NCBI GenBank assembly: GCA_963695875.1
Contig: CAVOID010000006.1
Location: 1 to 39,956, forward strand
Direction: 5' to 3'
Length of the DNA stretch: 39,956 nucleotides
Source: an uncultured delta proteobacterium
Lineage (GTDB): Bacteria > Desulfobacterota > Syntrophia > Syntrophales > UBA2185
The notes under the pieces were generated by a model. The model was given only the letters and a program-made list of their open reading frames with translations, made no database searches and was not told where the DNA came from. Shown in pieces: positions 1 to 8,800 of the stretch; position 1 is the first letter of the stretch, and each line of letters begins with the position of its first letter. The translations under genes and the position numbers were made by a program.

Positions 1-149
1 TGTATTTTAGTGCTCTGTCCCGAACGGCTTCTCTATATTGTAGCTCCTCTATCATTACCCCGCATATGGAAATCCAGAGAGAAGAAATGGGTTCCTGCTT
101 CCGTAATATTTATAAGATATTAGCGGGACAGGACGCTATATTGCCCCAC

Positions 150-602
150 TTATCGTAACACCGGGATCGTAAGTACTGGACACTTTGCGTGTCGTACAAC
201 TTTTTCTGCGACACAGCCAAAAATATAATGGCGCCCTCCAGTCTCACCGTGTGATGCTATTACGATAAGGTCTACCTTTTCCTCATTAGCGAATCGTACG
301 ATTTCATCTCCAGCGTTTCCGGATGCAACAATTACCCGCGTTTGTATTTCCTTTGGCACATTTTCCTCGACTACTTTGAGAAGTTTATCTTTGATACTTG
401 ACTCGAGATTTTCTTGATACAGCGGAACATTAAACGATCTGGATGACGGTGTAAATGCCGTTATTGCGGGAACTACTGGTACAACATTAATTATATATAG
501 CTTAGCGGAAAACTGTTTGGCATACTCATATGCTACTTTGAGTGCATCGTACGATGGCTTACTAAAGTCGGTGGGGTAAAGAATTTTCTTTAAAGGTAAC
601 AT
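150..602 (-). CDS. Universal stress protein (UspA family)
   Basis: KILYPTDFS N-terminus; IVIASHG...FGCVAEKVVRHAKCPVLT C-terminal USP motif; AGGAGG RBS upstream. Confidence 0.93.
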   Translation of the reverse strand: MLPLKKILYPTDFSKPSYDALKVAYEYAKQFSAKLYIINVVPVVPAITAFTPSSRSFNVPLYQENLESSIKDKLLKVVEENVPKEIQTRVIVASGNAGDEIVRFANEEKVDLIVIASHGETGGRHYIFGCVAEKVVRHAKCPVLTIPVLR

Positions 603-677
603 ATTTCTCCTCCTTTCTTGGTTGTAATTATCCTGGCTGTTTAAAACTCTTCCAGGATTTCCTGTTTTACCAGTTTG

Positions 678-1022
678 TCATTCTTTCTCAACTCTCCAGA
701 TCCTTTTTATCCTGTCAAAATCTTCTTTGGTAATTTCTCCTCTGGTATAACGCTTCTTTAAGATATCCAAAGGACTTTCACTCTGTTTCGGCATCTGTAC
801 TTTCATTTTCACGGCATGAATTATGAAATAGATCAACAGTCCAATAACAATTAAGAATAATATCCACATAAACATCCCTCGTATCCATAGCACATCTGCA
901 TCCTTGTTCTCCATCCCAAGGACCTTGCCGCCATAGTAACCATATCTTCCACAGGTTATTAACAAACTAATTATCACCGAGAAAAATATTGCACGCCGTT
1001 TTTTTACCTGTCCCACGTCCAC
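678..1022 (-). CDS. SHOCT-domain small membrane protein, paralogue of 5647-5971 (probably carries small indels)
   Basis: GMFMWILFLIVIGLLIYFII TM helix and ESPLDILKKRYTRGEITKEDF SHOCT motif; one extra A in the ATAAAAAGG run would restore a KKDLES* end like the paralogue. Confidence 0.8.
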   Translation of the reverse strand: MDVGQVKKRRAIFFSVIISLLITCGRYGYYGGKVLGMENKDADVLWIRGMFMWILFLIVIGLLIYFIIHAVKMKVQMPKQSESPLDILKKRYTRGEITKEDFDRIKRIWRVEKE

Positions 1023-1028
1023 AATTAT

Positions 1029-1595
1029 TCAGAGTTTCGCACTATCAACATGGCATTTATGTAAGACTACAATAGCAACGAATGAATCTCCTACTAAAAG
1101 AACGGCTCTTAAAGATGCAAAAAAAAGTGTATAAGTAAGGGCCGTGTACATGGCCAATTCAAGAGATGAAGCTGAAGACTGTGCTAAAGCCCTCCAGATC
1201 ATGACCTCAAAGAAAGTGAAAATAACAAAGCAAGATGTTATTTGTGTACGTTTTACTCTTCTGAAGTTTTCATGATCCTCCTCTATCATGGTACGTAGCC
1301 ATTTCAACTCTCTGCAGTGAGAAAAGATCAGCACAATTGTTATGGCTCCGGCGATTCCGATAAGGGCAGGACGCCAAGTTTCGTCTTCCATCAAACGGAA
1401 GGCAATAAGAAAACAGCAGGAAAAGTAGAGAAAACAGGAAAAGCCTGCTGACCAGACCCATGAGGCAAAATGTGTAAAGTCACTGATGCTGTCTATTCTT
1501 GTGATCGCCATGTTATAAGCGAAAACGAGTGATATGAGGACAAGCCCAAATAACGTGCCGGCAACTTGTGCCAGTGCTGAAAACCCGGATTCCAT
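1029..1595 (-). CDS. Hypothetical multi-pass membrane protein
   Basis: 188-aa ORF with about 5 hydrophobic segments; start overlaps the upstream stop (TGATG). Confidence 0.6.
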   Translation of the reverse strand: MESGFSALAQVAGTLFGLVLISLVFAYNMAITRIDSISDFTHFASWVWSAGFSCFLYFSCCFLIAFRLMEDETWRPALIGIAGAITIVLIFSHCRELKWLRTMIEEDHENFRRVKRTQITSCFVIFTFFEVMIWRALAQSSASSLELAMYTALTYTLFFASLRAVLLVGDSFVAIVVLHKCHVDSAKL

Positions 1596-2185
1596 CAGTC
1601 AATTGTTTCCTTTGTGTGATAAACGTAGCTGTCTTGGACGACGAGATAATGCAGACTGTCAGGTGCGTCTATAATTAAGCTTCCATTTACTATAAAAGCA
1701 TCACTGTCGTATTTGACTCCCTCCTTCCCATCAAGAACCACAAACCAACTATTGCCCGACTTAGCTGCATAGGCCACATGTTGGCTGTCCGGGCTGAAGG
1801 TTAGAATGCCCTTAATGATCCCATCATACCGCTTCCCTTCTCTACCATCCGTTACAACAAACGACTGATTTCCATCTTTGGCTGCATAAGCTACAAAGCG
1901 GCTGTCCGGGCTGAAGATGGGTGTGCCCGATAATATTTCATCATAAGATTTTCCCTCTTTACCATCTACAACAACCACCATCTTGTCGCCTGCTTTTGCC
2001 ACGTATGCCGTATGCCTGCTATCAGGACTTATCCTGAAAGATCTCTTGATCCAGAAAGAAAATTTCACTTGATCAATAAGCGTCGTAGTCGCAATGTGAT
2101 TAGGCGTTCTTTCCTGCGCCCCAACGATCACGCCCAGAAAAACGAGAAAAAAAGAAAAAGATATAATGACGCATTTCTTAAACAT
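1595..2185 (-). CDS. Exported PD40/TolB-like beta-propeller repeat protein
   Basis: Signal peptide; three ~39-aa repeats (F/I)SPDS(R/Q)xxAYxAKxGxxxxVVxDG(K/R)EGxxYD. Confidence 0.75.
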   Translation of the reverse strand: MFKKCVIISFSFFLVFLGVIVGAQERTPNHIATTTLIDQVKFSFWIKRSFRISPDSRHTAYVAKAGDKMVVVVDGKEGKSYDEILSGTPIFSPDSRFVAYAAKDGNQSFVVTDGREGKRYDGIIKGILTFSPDSQHVAYAAKSGNSWFVVLDGKEGVKYDSDAFIVNGSLIIDAPDSLHYLVVQDSYVYHTKETID

Positions 2186-2352
2186 CCTGGAACTCCTTTT
2201 TCTTTAGCAGGATAATGAATGGGCCATATTCTTAGCAAGAGAAGCAAAACAATCTATGCATATCGAAATATACTTCCAAAGAAACCATGACAACGCTGAT
2301 ATATATGAATAACCAGAAAATAACTTTATTCACGTTCACCTCTGCCCCTTTT

Positions 2353-2853
2353 TTAATTAGCTTTTTTCCGCCTGGGCAGGTTCACCTCGGGTGAGAGGAT
2401 TAATTGAGGTGGTAATTCCTGTGCACCCAGGATGTGCACAAGTTCTTCCAGGGCGGAATCCATCTCCTGAAGTCTTTTAGCGGGTAACACTTCGAGGCCG
2501 GCAACCAGCAGACCCTGAGCGACTTGTGGCGATTTTTCGACAAGTTTCTTGCCGTCAGTTGTTAGTGTTACTTTTACAACCCGTCTGTCGTCTTTTGAGC
2601 GCACCCTTTTTACAAGTTTTCGCGATTCGAGGCGGTCGAGTATCCCAACTACAGAAGCAGGATGAAGGTACATACGTCGGGCAAGGTCCGACACCCTTAC
2701 GGGGGATACATCCCCAATAATCTTGATCGCCCACAGTTGAGGTCCTGTGATTCCGGTTTGATGCTCCGCCCTCTTCGAATAATCATTAACTGCCTTGAAA
2801 ACTCTACGAATGTTATCAATGATTCCTGAGACTATTGTAGATTTCTTGGTCAT
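2353..2853 (-). CDS. MarR family transcriptional regulator
   Basis: ITGPQLWAI...VSDLARRMYLHPASVVGILDRLESRKLVKRVRSKDDRRVVKVTLT winged-helix signature. Confidence 0.93.
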   Translation of the reverse strand: MTKKSTIVSGIIDNIRRVFKAVNDYSKRAEHQTGITGPQLWAIKIIGDVSPVRVSDLARRMYLHPASVVGILDRLESRKLVKRVRSKDDRRVVKVTLTTDGKKLVEKSPQVAQGLLVAGLEVLPAKRLQEMDSALEELVHILGAQELPPQLILSPEVNLPRRKKAN

Positions 2854-2903
2854 TCTTCACTCCTTAATTATAAGCCTATGGCATCTTATCTAACATATTT
2901 ATT

Positions 2904-2932
2904 ATTTATATACAAATTATTTATGTATAAAT
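2904..2932. promoter_or_regulatory. Tandem 14-bp imperfect palindromes, candidate MarR operator
   Basis: ATTTATATACAAAT (2904-2917) and ATTTATGTATAAAT (2919-2932), each one mismatch from a perfect palindrome, between divergent marR and pal. Confidence 0.55.
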
Positions 2933-2935
2933 TAA

Positions 2936-2964
2936 TTGACATGTGTAGCTTAAAGTAGTATAAA
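2936..2964 (+). promoter_or_regulatory. Sigma70-type promoter of pal
   Basis: TTGACA (2936-2941), 17-nt spacer, TATAAA (2959-2964). Confidence 0.7.
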
Positions 2965-2995
2965 GAATGATAAAAATAAACAAGGAGTGATACAT

Positions 2996-3559
2996 ATGAA
3001 GAAAAAAGCGTTGGCTATTATGGTTGTAATTGTATTTGGTTTAGCGTTTTCATTAATCTTTTTTAGTGGATGTGCGAAAAAGGAGGTAGTAAAAGAAGAA
3101 TCCGCGACGAAGGAACAAGCAGTGGCAGCTAAACAGCCTGGTATGCAAGAAAAGGTAACAACAAAAGAAGGACCAGCCATGGCAACATCTGAAGAAGAAA
3201 CAGCTATGGCAAAACGAGAACAAATATTTGTAGATATTCATTTCGATTTTGACAAATTCAATCTAAAGTCGGAAGCTAGGGAAATACTAAAAAAGCAGGC
3301 TGGTTGGCTTGCCAATCATGCGACCGCCAGTGTCCTCATCGAAGGGAACTGTGACGAAAGAGGAACAGAAGAATACAACCTCGCCTTAGGGCAGAGACGA
3401 GCCAATGAGGCTATGAAATATTTTGTCGGATTTGGCATTGATAAGAAAAGAATAAAAACGATCAGCTACGGCAAGGATAGACCCCTAGACCCTGGAAATA
3501 ATGAAGCAGCCTGGGCAAAGAACAGGAGAGATCATTTCGTCTTATCGTTTAAGAAATAG
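2996..3559 (+). CDS. pal: Peptidoglycan-associated lipoprotein (OmpA C-terminal domain)
   Basis: Lipobox FSGC; IHFDFDK, IEGNCDERGTEEYNLALGQRRA, SYGKDRP, AWAKNRR motifs; AAGGAG RBS. Confidence 0.92.
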   Translation: MKKKALAIMVVIVFGLAFSLIFFSGCAKKEVVKEESATKEQAVAAKQPGMQEKVTTKEGPAMATSEEETAMAKREQIFVDIHFDFDKFNLKSEAREILKKQAGWLANHATASVLIEGNCDERGTEEYNLALGQRRANEAMKYFVGFGIDKKRIKTISYGKDRPLDPGNNEAAWAKNRRDHFVLSFKK

Positions 3560-3639
3560 AAGTACACCGCATGACATCCATAATAATACCCCTCCGCCTC
3601 CAAGTGGTGACGTCCGGGAAGTGGGGTTAAAATATATAG

Positions 3640-4020
3640 ACATAGGCCGGCAGAAATGTTGCCAAACAGCACGGCCGAAAGTGGCATATAAACAACTGGC
3701 CATGTGTATCGCGCAAGGGATCATCAGCGTTTAACTTACCTCCTTTTTTCCAGATGATCCCTTGCAAAAATCCACGAGTAATCGCGGCCCTAGCGATTGC
3801 AAGAGCCTATGACCCACAATATTGGGCGAGCCAATGCTATATGTCTTTGTTACACGCTCGGGGTGGACGCATAGGAGGTAGGTTTCTTTTTACATGGAAC
3901 GCTCTATAGTTTCCATGGTGGTCCTCAACAAAATGCTCGTAGAGTTCGCATGTTCTTCACCAATAGCTGCTGCCAAACGAGACTTTACCTTGCCCCTTTC
4001 CTGCGTTTAAAAAAGAAAGG
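3640..4020 (-). pseudogene. Degraded DUF2064/TIGR04282-type nucleotidyl/glycosyltransferase-like gene
   Basis: Minus strand reads GKVKSRLAAAIGEEHA / ELYEHFVED / TMETIERS across frameshifts, later a QG-DHLEKR-like segment; resembles the family's GxVKTRL and QGxDLGERM motifs; multiple stops. Confidence 0.5.
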
Positions 4021-4104
4021 AGGCACGTCCAACCGACAAGTGAAGAAGTGACTCTAATAAGATAGGGTTCATTTTACAGTGATTGTGCCTCGTATTTGCC
4101 TTTT

Positions 4105-5458
4105 ATGAAAAAACATCTTATCGAAGAATCTGTTCTGTTTATCAGCATTCTCAAATGGGTGGTAATCGCCACAGGCATCGGGATCATTGTAGGATTATCG
4201 ACAACCCTGTTCTTGAAGCTGCTGGACTGGAGTTTAGCTCAGAGCACGCACTATCCCTATTATTTCCTCTTACTCCCCATCGGATTGTTAATCAGTGCTC
4301 TGGCAATTCACTATTTAGAACCTGACGCAAAGGGATATGGAATAGAAAAGGTTGTCGAGGCTGTTCACAAGCGCGGGGGTAAAATATACGCAGCCATTGT
4401 CCCGGTGAAGCTTGTGACAACCATCATCACAATTGCCACGGGGGGGTCAGCGGGACAGGTCGGCCCTTGCGGGCAGATAGGGGCATCACTCTCATCCGTT
4501 GTTGCCGATCTGTTTAAGCTCGATGATAATGACAGGAAAAAGCTCGTCATATGCGGGCTCAGCGCGGGATTCGCATCCGTCCTCGGTGCGCCGTTCGCCG
4601 GAGCCATTTTTGGCGTTGAGGTTCTCTACGTGGGAAGCATTGTATATGAAGTTCTTCTTCCATCCATCATTGCAGGGATTACAAGTTATCATATTTCGTC
4701 GCTGTTCGGCATCCATTACCAGTATTATCCCGTCAATTTTGTTCCGGCTATTACAGAAGCTTTTATTTTTAAGATTGTGCTTGCCGGAATTTTTTTCGGA
4801 ATTTGTTCGATTATTCTAATTGAGGTATTAAGATACGGCGAAAAGGTTGCGGAAAGAGTGAGCAAATCATTGCCCGCTAAGAGCTCTAATCGGTGGAGTG
4901 ATTCTCATAGGCCTAACCTTCATATTTTCGAAACAATTTCTCGGCACTGGCCTTGAAACTATTCAGGCTTCCCTGAAAGGAGAAAGGATTGTCCTGTACG
5001 CCTTTCTTTTAAAAGCTATCTTTACCAGCATTACCATGAACTTCGGAGGAAGCGGCGGTATCATAATGCCCATATTATTTGTCGGTGCAACATCGGGAAG
5101 CCTGTTCGGGGAAATATTCGGATTGGATAGAGCAACCTTCTCTGCGGTCGGCTTTGTGAGCCTTTTAGCAGGAGCGGCAAATACCCCGATTGCGGCAAGT
5201 ATCTTAGCGATAGAATTTTTTGGAAGTGCCATCGCTCCCTATGCCGCAATCGCCTGTGTTGTCAGTTTTCTCATGACGGGCCACAGGAGCGTTTTCCCCA
5301 CACAGATACTGGCGTTGAAGAAATCCTCTTCCGTTGAGGTTGAAATAGGGAAGGAGTTGAATAATATGAACACAACGTTTAAAATTCGCGATAAAAGTCT
5401 AATAGGATTAGGTTTAAAGATTTCAGAAAAGATAAAAAGTCTGCTGAGAAAAAGATAA
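4105..5458 (+). CDS. ClC-family chloride channel/transporter (one frameshift near 4873)
   Basis: GYGIE, KLVTTIITIATGGSAGQVGP, APFAGAIFGVE, GSGGIIMP and GAANTPIAA motifs; the two ORFs join by removing one C at 4873-4875. Confidence 0.9.
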
Positions 5459-5646
5459 CATGCTGTTTTATTCGTGAATAAGATACTTTCGAAAATCTCT
5501 TTCATAAACGGTTTTTAAAATGGATTCAATAATTTTTTCGGCGAAATTTTTTTTGCATTTGATTTATATACCAAACAATTCGAAATGAAAAAGTAGGGAG
5601 GACAGTTGAAGAAGATTCGATGCCATACAATGAGGAGATCCCGAAG

Positions 5647-5971
5647 ATGAAAAAATATCTTGAATTATCTCTTATGATGATGACCGGTTTGCTTGCGTCC
5701 TGCAGCCGGTGAAGGTTACCTTTGCCCGCAAGGTCCCGGTGGATGGGGACCCATGATGCATTACGGATTTGGATATGGAGGGATGTTCATGTGGATAATA
5801 TTCCTGATCGTCATTGGATTGCTGATCTATTTCATTGTTCAGACCCAGAAAACGAAGGGCCAGACGCCGACACAGAATGAAAGTCCCCTGGACATCCTGA
5901 AGAGGCGTTACGCAAAGGGAGAAATCGCAAGGGACGAATATGAGAGAATGAAAAAAGACCTTGAAGGATAG
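5647..5971 (+). CDS. SHOCT-domain membrane lipoprotein (frameshift near 5706)
   Basis: GAGGAG RBS, MKKYLELSLMMMTGLLASC lipobox, then +1 frame GPMMHYGFGYGGMFMW, a TM helix and ESPLDILKRRYAKGEI SHOCT. Confidence 0.82.
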
Positions 5972-6163
5972 ACGCTGATGACTTTTCAAGGCTATCCATG
6001 TAGGTAGAACCATGGAATCTGGACGGAACGAATGTCTGTCATTATAAACAAATGGTACTAAGTATTGAATGAGTGAATTTAAATAATTAGGATAAATTTG
6101 GATTAATGCGGCCGAACCCGACCGTACTATCTTTCGATCCGCAAAGAGAGTAATCAAGGGAAG

Positions 6164-6478
6164 GTGATAACTATGAATTATATGAAGAACCGAATCACTC
6201 AGTCTTTGACTCTTTTTGTTTTGATGCTGTTTCTCTTTTCAGGGTATGCAGTTTCTCTCGCACAAGATACTGGAACATCCAAGGTGATCTTTTATGTTAA
6301 ACGATTTGGCGTTGGCAAGGAGGTCCTGGAAGGGCTGAAGGGAGTGAAGAGAGTTGAAAAAGGTTTTCACTACTTTAAAGAGATAAACACTGTTTATTAT
6401 GATCCGGCAATAATTACAATTGAAGAAATGGAAATGGCCCTAAAAAAGGCCGATACTTACATAGGAACAGTTCAATAG
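6164..6478 (+). CDS. Exported HMA/MerP-like ferredoxin-fold protein lacking the CxxC motif
   Basis: Signal peptide; LEGLKGVKRV...TVYYDPAIITIEEMEMALKKA typical of the HMA domain C-terminal half; no Cys. Confidence 0.65.
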   Translation: MITMNYMKNRITQSLTLFVLMLFLFSGYAVSLAQDTGTSKVIFYVKRFGVGKEVLEGLKGVKRVEKGFHYFKEINTVYYDPAIITIEEMEMALKKADTYIGTVQ

Positions 6479-6625
6479 TTAAAAACGTCCATGTTTTCAA
6501 TACAGGGGCAAATTTTCACAATATTATCCTTTTTATCTCGTTCTTTGTGTAACGTAGCCTTTTTAATTCGCACCATTTGATATTACATTTCAATTGGCAA
6601 TAATCAAGAAATCGCATAATTCTAA

Positions 6626-6784
6626 CTTAGAAGTGGTATATGTTCTGGGGGCAGGTCAGTAAGGGGAACCGGACTGGATCGTGCGATCATCAGACATATT
6701 ATAAACGCACACGGAGGGCGTATATGGGTAAAAAGCAAAATAGGCGAGGTGAGCATCTTTACTTTTTCTTTGCCTGCATCATAA
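6626..6784 (+). pseudogene. C-terminal fragment of a sensor histidine kinase (HATPase G2 box)
   Basis: Frame reads RGTGLDRAIIRHIINAHGGRIWVKSKIGEVSIFTFSLPAS*; in-frame stop just upstream; overlaps the next gene start. Confidence 0.8.
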
Positions 6785-7311
6785 TAGCACCAATTCTAAT
6801 GTGTGGGTGCAGTCACCTTTACGAGGGATTTTTGGCCAGGCCGGAATTCAAAGAGGCGAATGATTTTTCGAGCCAGGGCAACTACAAGGCCTCCCTGAGC
6901 AAATATGAGCAGATTATTGCACGATACCCCACGGAAGGCGACAGGGTCCTTTTCGAGATGGGTTTTATTTATGCATTTCCCAGGAATCAGCAAAAAGATT
7001 ATCAGAAATCTCTGGAATGTTTTCAGAAACTCATAAAGGATTACCCGGGGAGTGGGTACAGGCATGACAGTGAAGTGATGATATCTCTTATCAATGATGT
7101 CACTCGCAAGGATAAGAGGATTATTACACAGCAAAAACAGATTGAGACGCTCGAACGGCAGGTTAAAAGCAAGGATAATAAGATTATTACACAGCGAAAA
7201 CAGATTGAGACGCTCGAACAGCAGGTGAAGGAGCTCGAAAAGAAAATAGAACAGATGAAAGAAGTCGATATGAATTTAAAAGAAAAGAAAAAATCATTTC
7301 CTGAGCAGTAA
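6724..7311 (+). CDS. TPR/coiled-coil lipoprotein (QseG/YfhG-like accessory protein of a two-component system)
   Basis: Lipobox MCGC, TPR-like helices (YKASLSKYEQII, YQKSLECFQKLIKDYP), C-terminal coiled coil ending KIEQMKEVD; lies between kinase and regulator remnants. Confidence 0.75.
   Translation: MGKKQNRRGEHLYFFFACIIIAPILMCGCSHLYEGFLARPEFKEANDFSSQGNYKASLSKYEQIIARYPTEGDRVLFEMGFIYAFPRNQQKDYQKSLECFQKLIKDYPGSGYRHDSEVMISLINDVTRKDKRIITQQKQIETLERQVKSKDNKIITQRKQIETLEQQVKELEKKIEQMKEVDMNLKEKKKSFPEQ
7106..7231 (+). repeat. 63-bp in-frame tandem duplication (21 aa = 3 heptads)
   Basis: KDKRIITQQKQIETLERQVKS / KDNKIITQRKQIETLEQQVKE, DNA copies nearly identical. Confidence 0.9.
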
Positions 7312-7322
7312 TGAGGTCAGTG

Positions 7323-7542
7323 ATGGAAAAGCTTTTAATCGTCGATGACGATTTGAGTATTTTAAGAGTGCTTAAGATGAGATTAGAATCCGAGGGCTAT
7401 CAAGGTTGAATCTGCTTCGGTGTCTTGGGGTCTTTATGCGTTGATCCTTCTATGTCCTTTATTGCATTTCATTTTAATGAGGGCCATGGCCTACAAGGAT
7501 ATGCAGGAGGGGCGTTCAAAAAATTGGGTGACAGGGGAATAG
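7323..7542 (+). pseudogene. Receiver-domain N-terminus joined to a DUF2933-like C-terminus
   Basis: MEKLLIVDDDLSILRVLKMRLESEGYQ, then after a 1-nt shift VESASVSWGLYALILLCPLLHFILMR...*. Confidence 0.65.
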
Positions 7543-7587
7543 GAACGAATGAATTTGATAAATTGTATCCCGAAGGGGGGTAATGTT

Positions 7588-7890
7588 ATGAAGATGGTCA
7601 TCGGTATCATTAGAGAAAGATGTCTTGAAAAGATTGTGAAAGAATTAGAAAAGATTAATGTCCGCAGTATGACAATCTCCGAGGTCAAAGGGATTGGGGA
7701 ACAGGTAACCTTATATAAGCCGTATGCTATTCACAATATGATACAAATTATCGTACCTGATGAAAAAGTTGATGAAGTTAAGGATGTGATCCTGAATTTT
7801 ACCCACTCCGGTACGGCAGGCGATGGTATTGTTGCCGTGAGCCCGATAGATTACATGATAAAAATAAGGTCTAAGGAAAGGTTGGGGTAA
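7588..7890 (+). CDS. PII-family signalling protein with shortened T-loop
   Basis: MKMVIGIIR...MTISEVKGIG...HSGTAGDGIVAVSP...IKIRS; lacks YRGAEY. Confidence 0.88.
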   Translation: MKMVIGIIRERCLEKIVKELEKINVRSMTISEVKGIGEQVTLYKPYAIHNMIQIIVPDEKVDEVKDVILNFTHSGTAGDGIVAVSPIDYMIKIRSKERLG

Positions 7891-8023
7891 TAGCAGGTAT
7901 CTTATGCTTACCATTATTCACTCATTAAATACTGTCTTTTGTTTAAATATGTAAAGGATGTCCCTATTCCTGACCAGTTGATGATACTCTTGAAACTGTC
8001 CTCTCTGTTATTGTCAGGACTTC

Positions 8024-8800
8024 TTAAATCCCGGCATACCACTCGTATCCATGGTCTTCCCAGTATCCTCCTTTCCCCCCGGCTATCCTGGAAAAGTCTT
8101 CGACGATTTCAAGGCGCATGACATACTTCGCCATTTTGTAGCCAAGCTGCCGCTCCAATCGCAAGCGCAACGGTGCACCGTTCTTAATTGGCAATGGTTT
8201 GCCATTCAGTTCGTAAGCGAGTATCGTCTGCGGGTGAAAAGCGTCTTCCAGGTCGATGCTCTCGTAATAGGGGGAGCTGCCGTCTTCTTCCATCGGGTCT
8301 GCACAGTAGAAAACGACATAACGAGCATTGGGTTTCAGATGTACCGCTTCGAGTAGCGCACTGAGGCGCGCCCCTTTCCACATGCCTATGGCGCTCCACC
8401 CCTCAACGCAATCATGGCGCGTTATCTGGGTACGACTGGGAAACTTTCGAATGTCCGATAGCGTAAAGGTGATGGGCCGTTCAACCAGACCGCCGACCGC
8501 GAGGCGATAGTCCGTAAATCCTTTGTCCGCCATTGCCATGTATGTTGGATTATTTGGCATTGACGTCCCGTTGCTGCGGAATTGCGGTGATAGATCGGTT
8601 TCTGTGAATTCCTGCGCCATCGCTTTGCGCGACAGGACCAGCCTTTGAATTTTATACGTAGCCTTTTCGCCTAAACCCAGCACCTTGGGAAACCAGGTGG
8701 TTTCAGAAAGTTTTTCACAGCCGCTAAGCACCACGACACTTGCGCCTGCAAGAAGGCGCGTCATGAGACTACGCCGGGTAAGCTTGTTGTCATCACTCAT
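8024..8800 (-). CDS. Periplasmic sulfite-oxidase-family molybdoenzyme (MsrP/YedY-like)
   Basis: Tat signal TRRSLM plus lipobox LSGC; HDCVEGWS Mo-ligand Cys; NGAPLRL...GYKMAKY; GGYWEDHGY. Confidence 0.9.
   Translation of the reverse strand: MSDDNKLTRRSLMTRLLAGASVVVLSGCEKLSETTWFPKVLGLGEKATYKIQRLVLSRKAMAQEFTETDLSPQFRSNGTSMPNNPTYMAMADKGFTDYRLAVGGLVERPITFTLSDIRKFPSRTQITRHDCVEGWSAIGMWKGARLSALLEAVHLKPNARYVVFYCADPMEEDGSSPYYESIDLEDAFHPQTILAYELNGKPLPIKNGAPLRLRLERQLGYKMAKYVMRLEIVEDFSRIAGGKGGYWEDHGYEWYAGI

Noticed and set aside
3560..4104. Fluoride riboswitch upstream of the ClC gene
   Set aside because: No recognisable crcB-motif consensus seen, and the protein lacks ClC-F signatures (GNNLI/GREGT)
5701..5712. 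TGC AGC CGG TGA as a CxxU selenoprotein motif
   Set aside because: The read-through frame looks meaningless, while the +1 frame matches the SHOCT paralogue; a frameshift explains it
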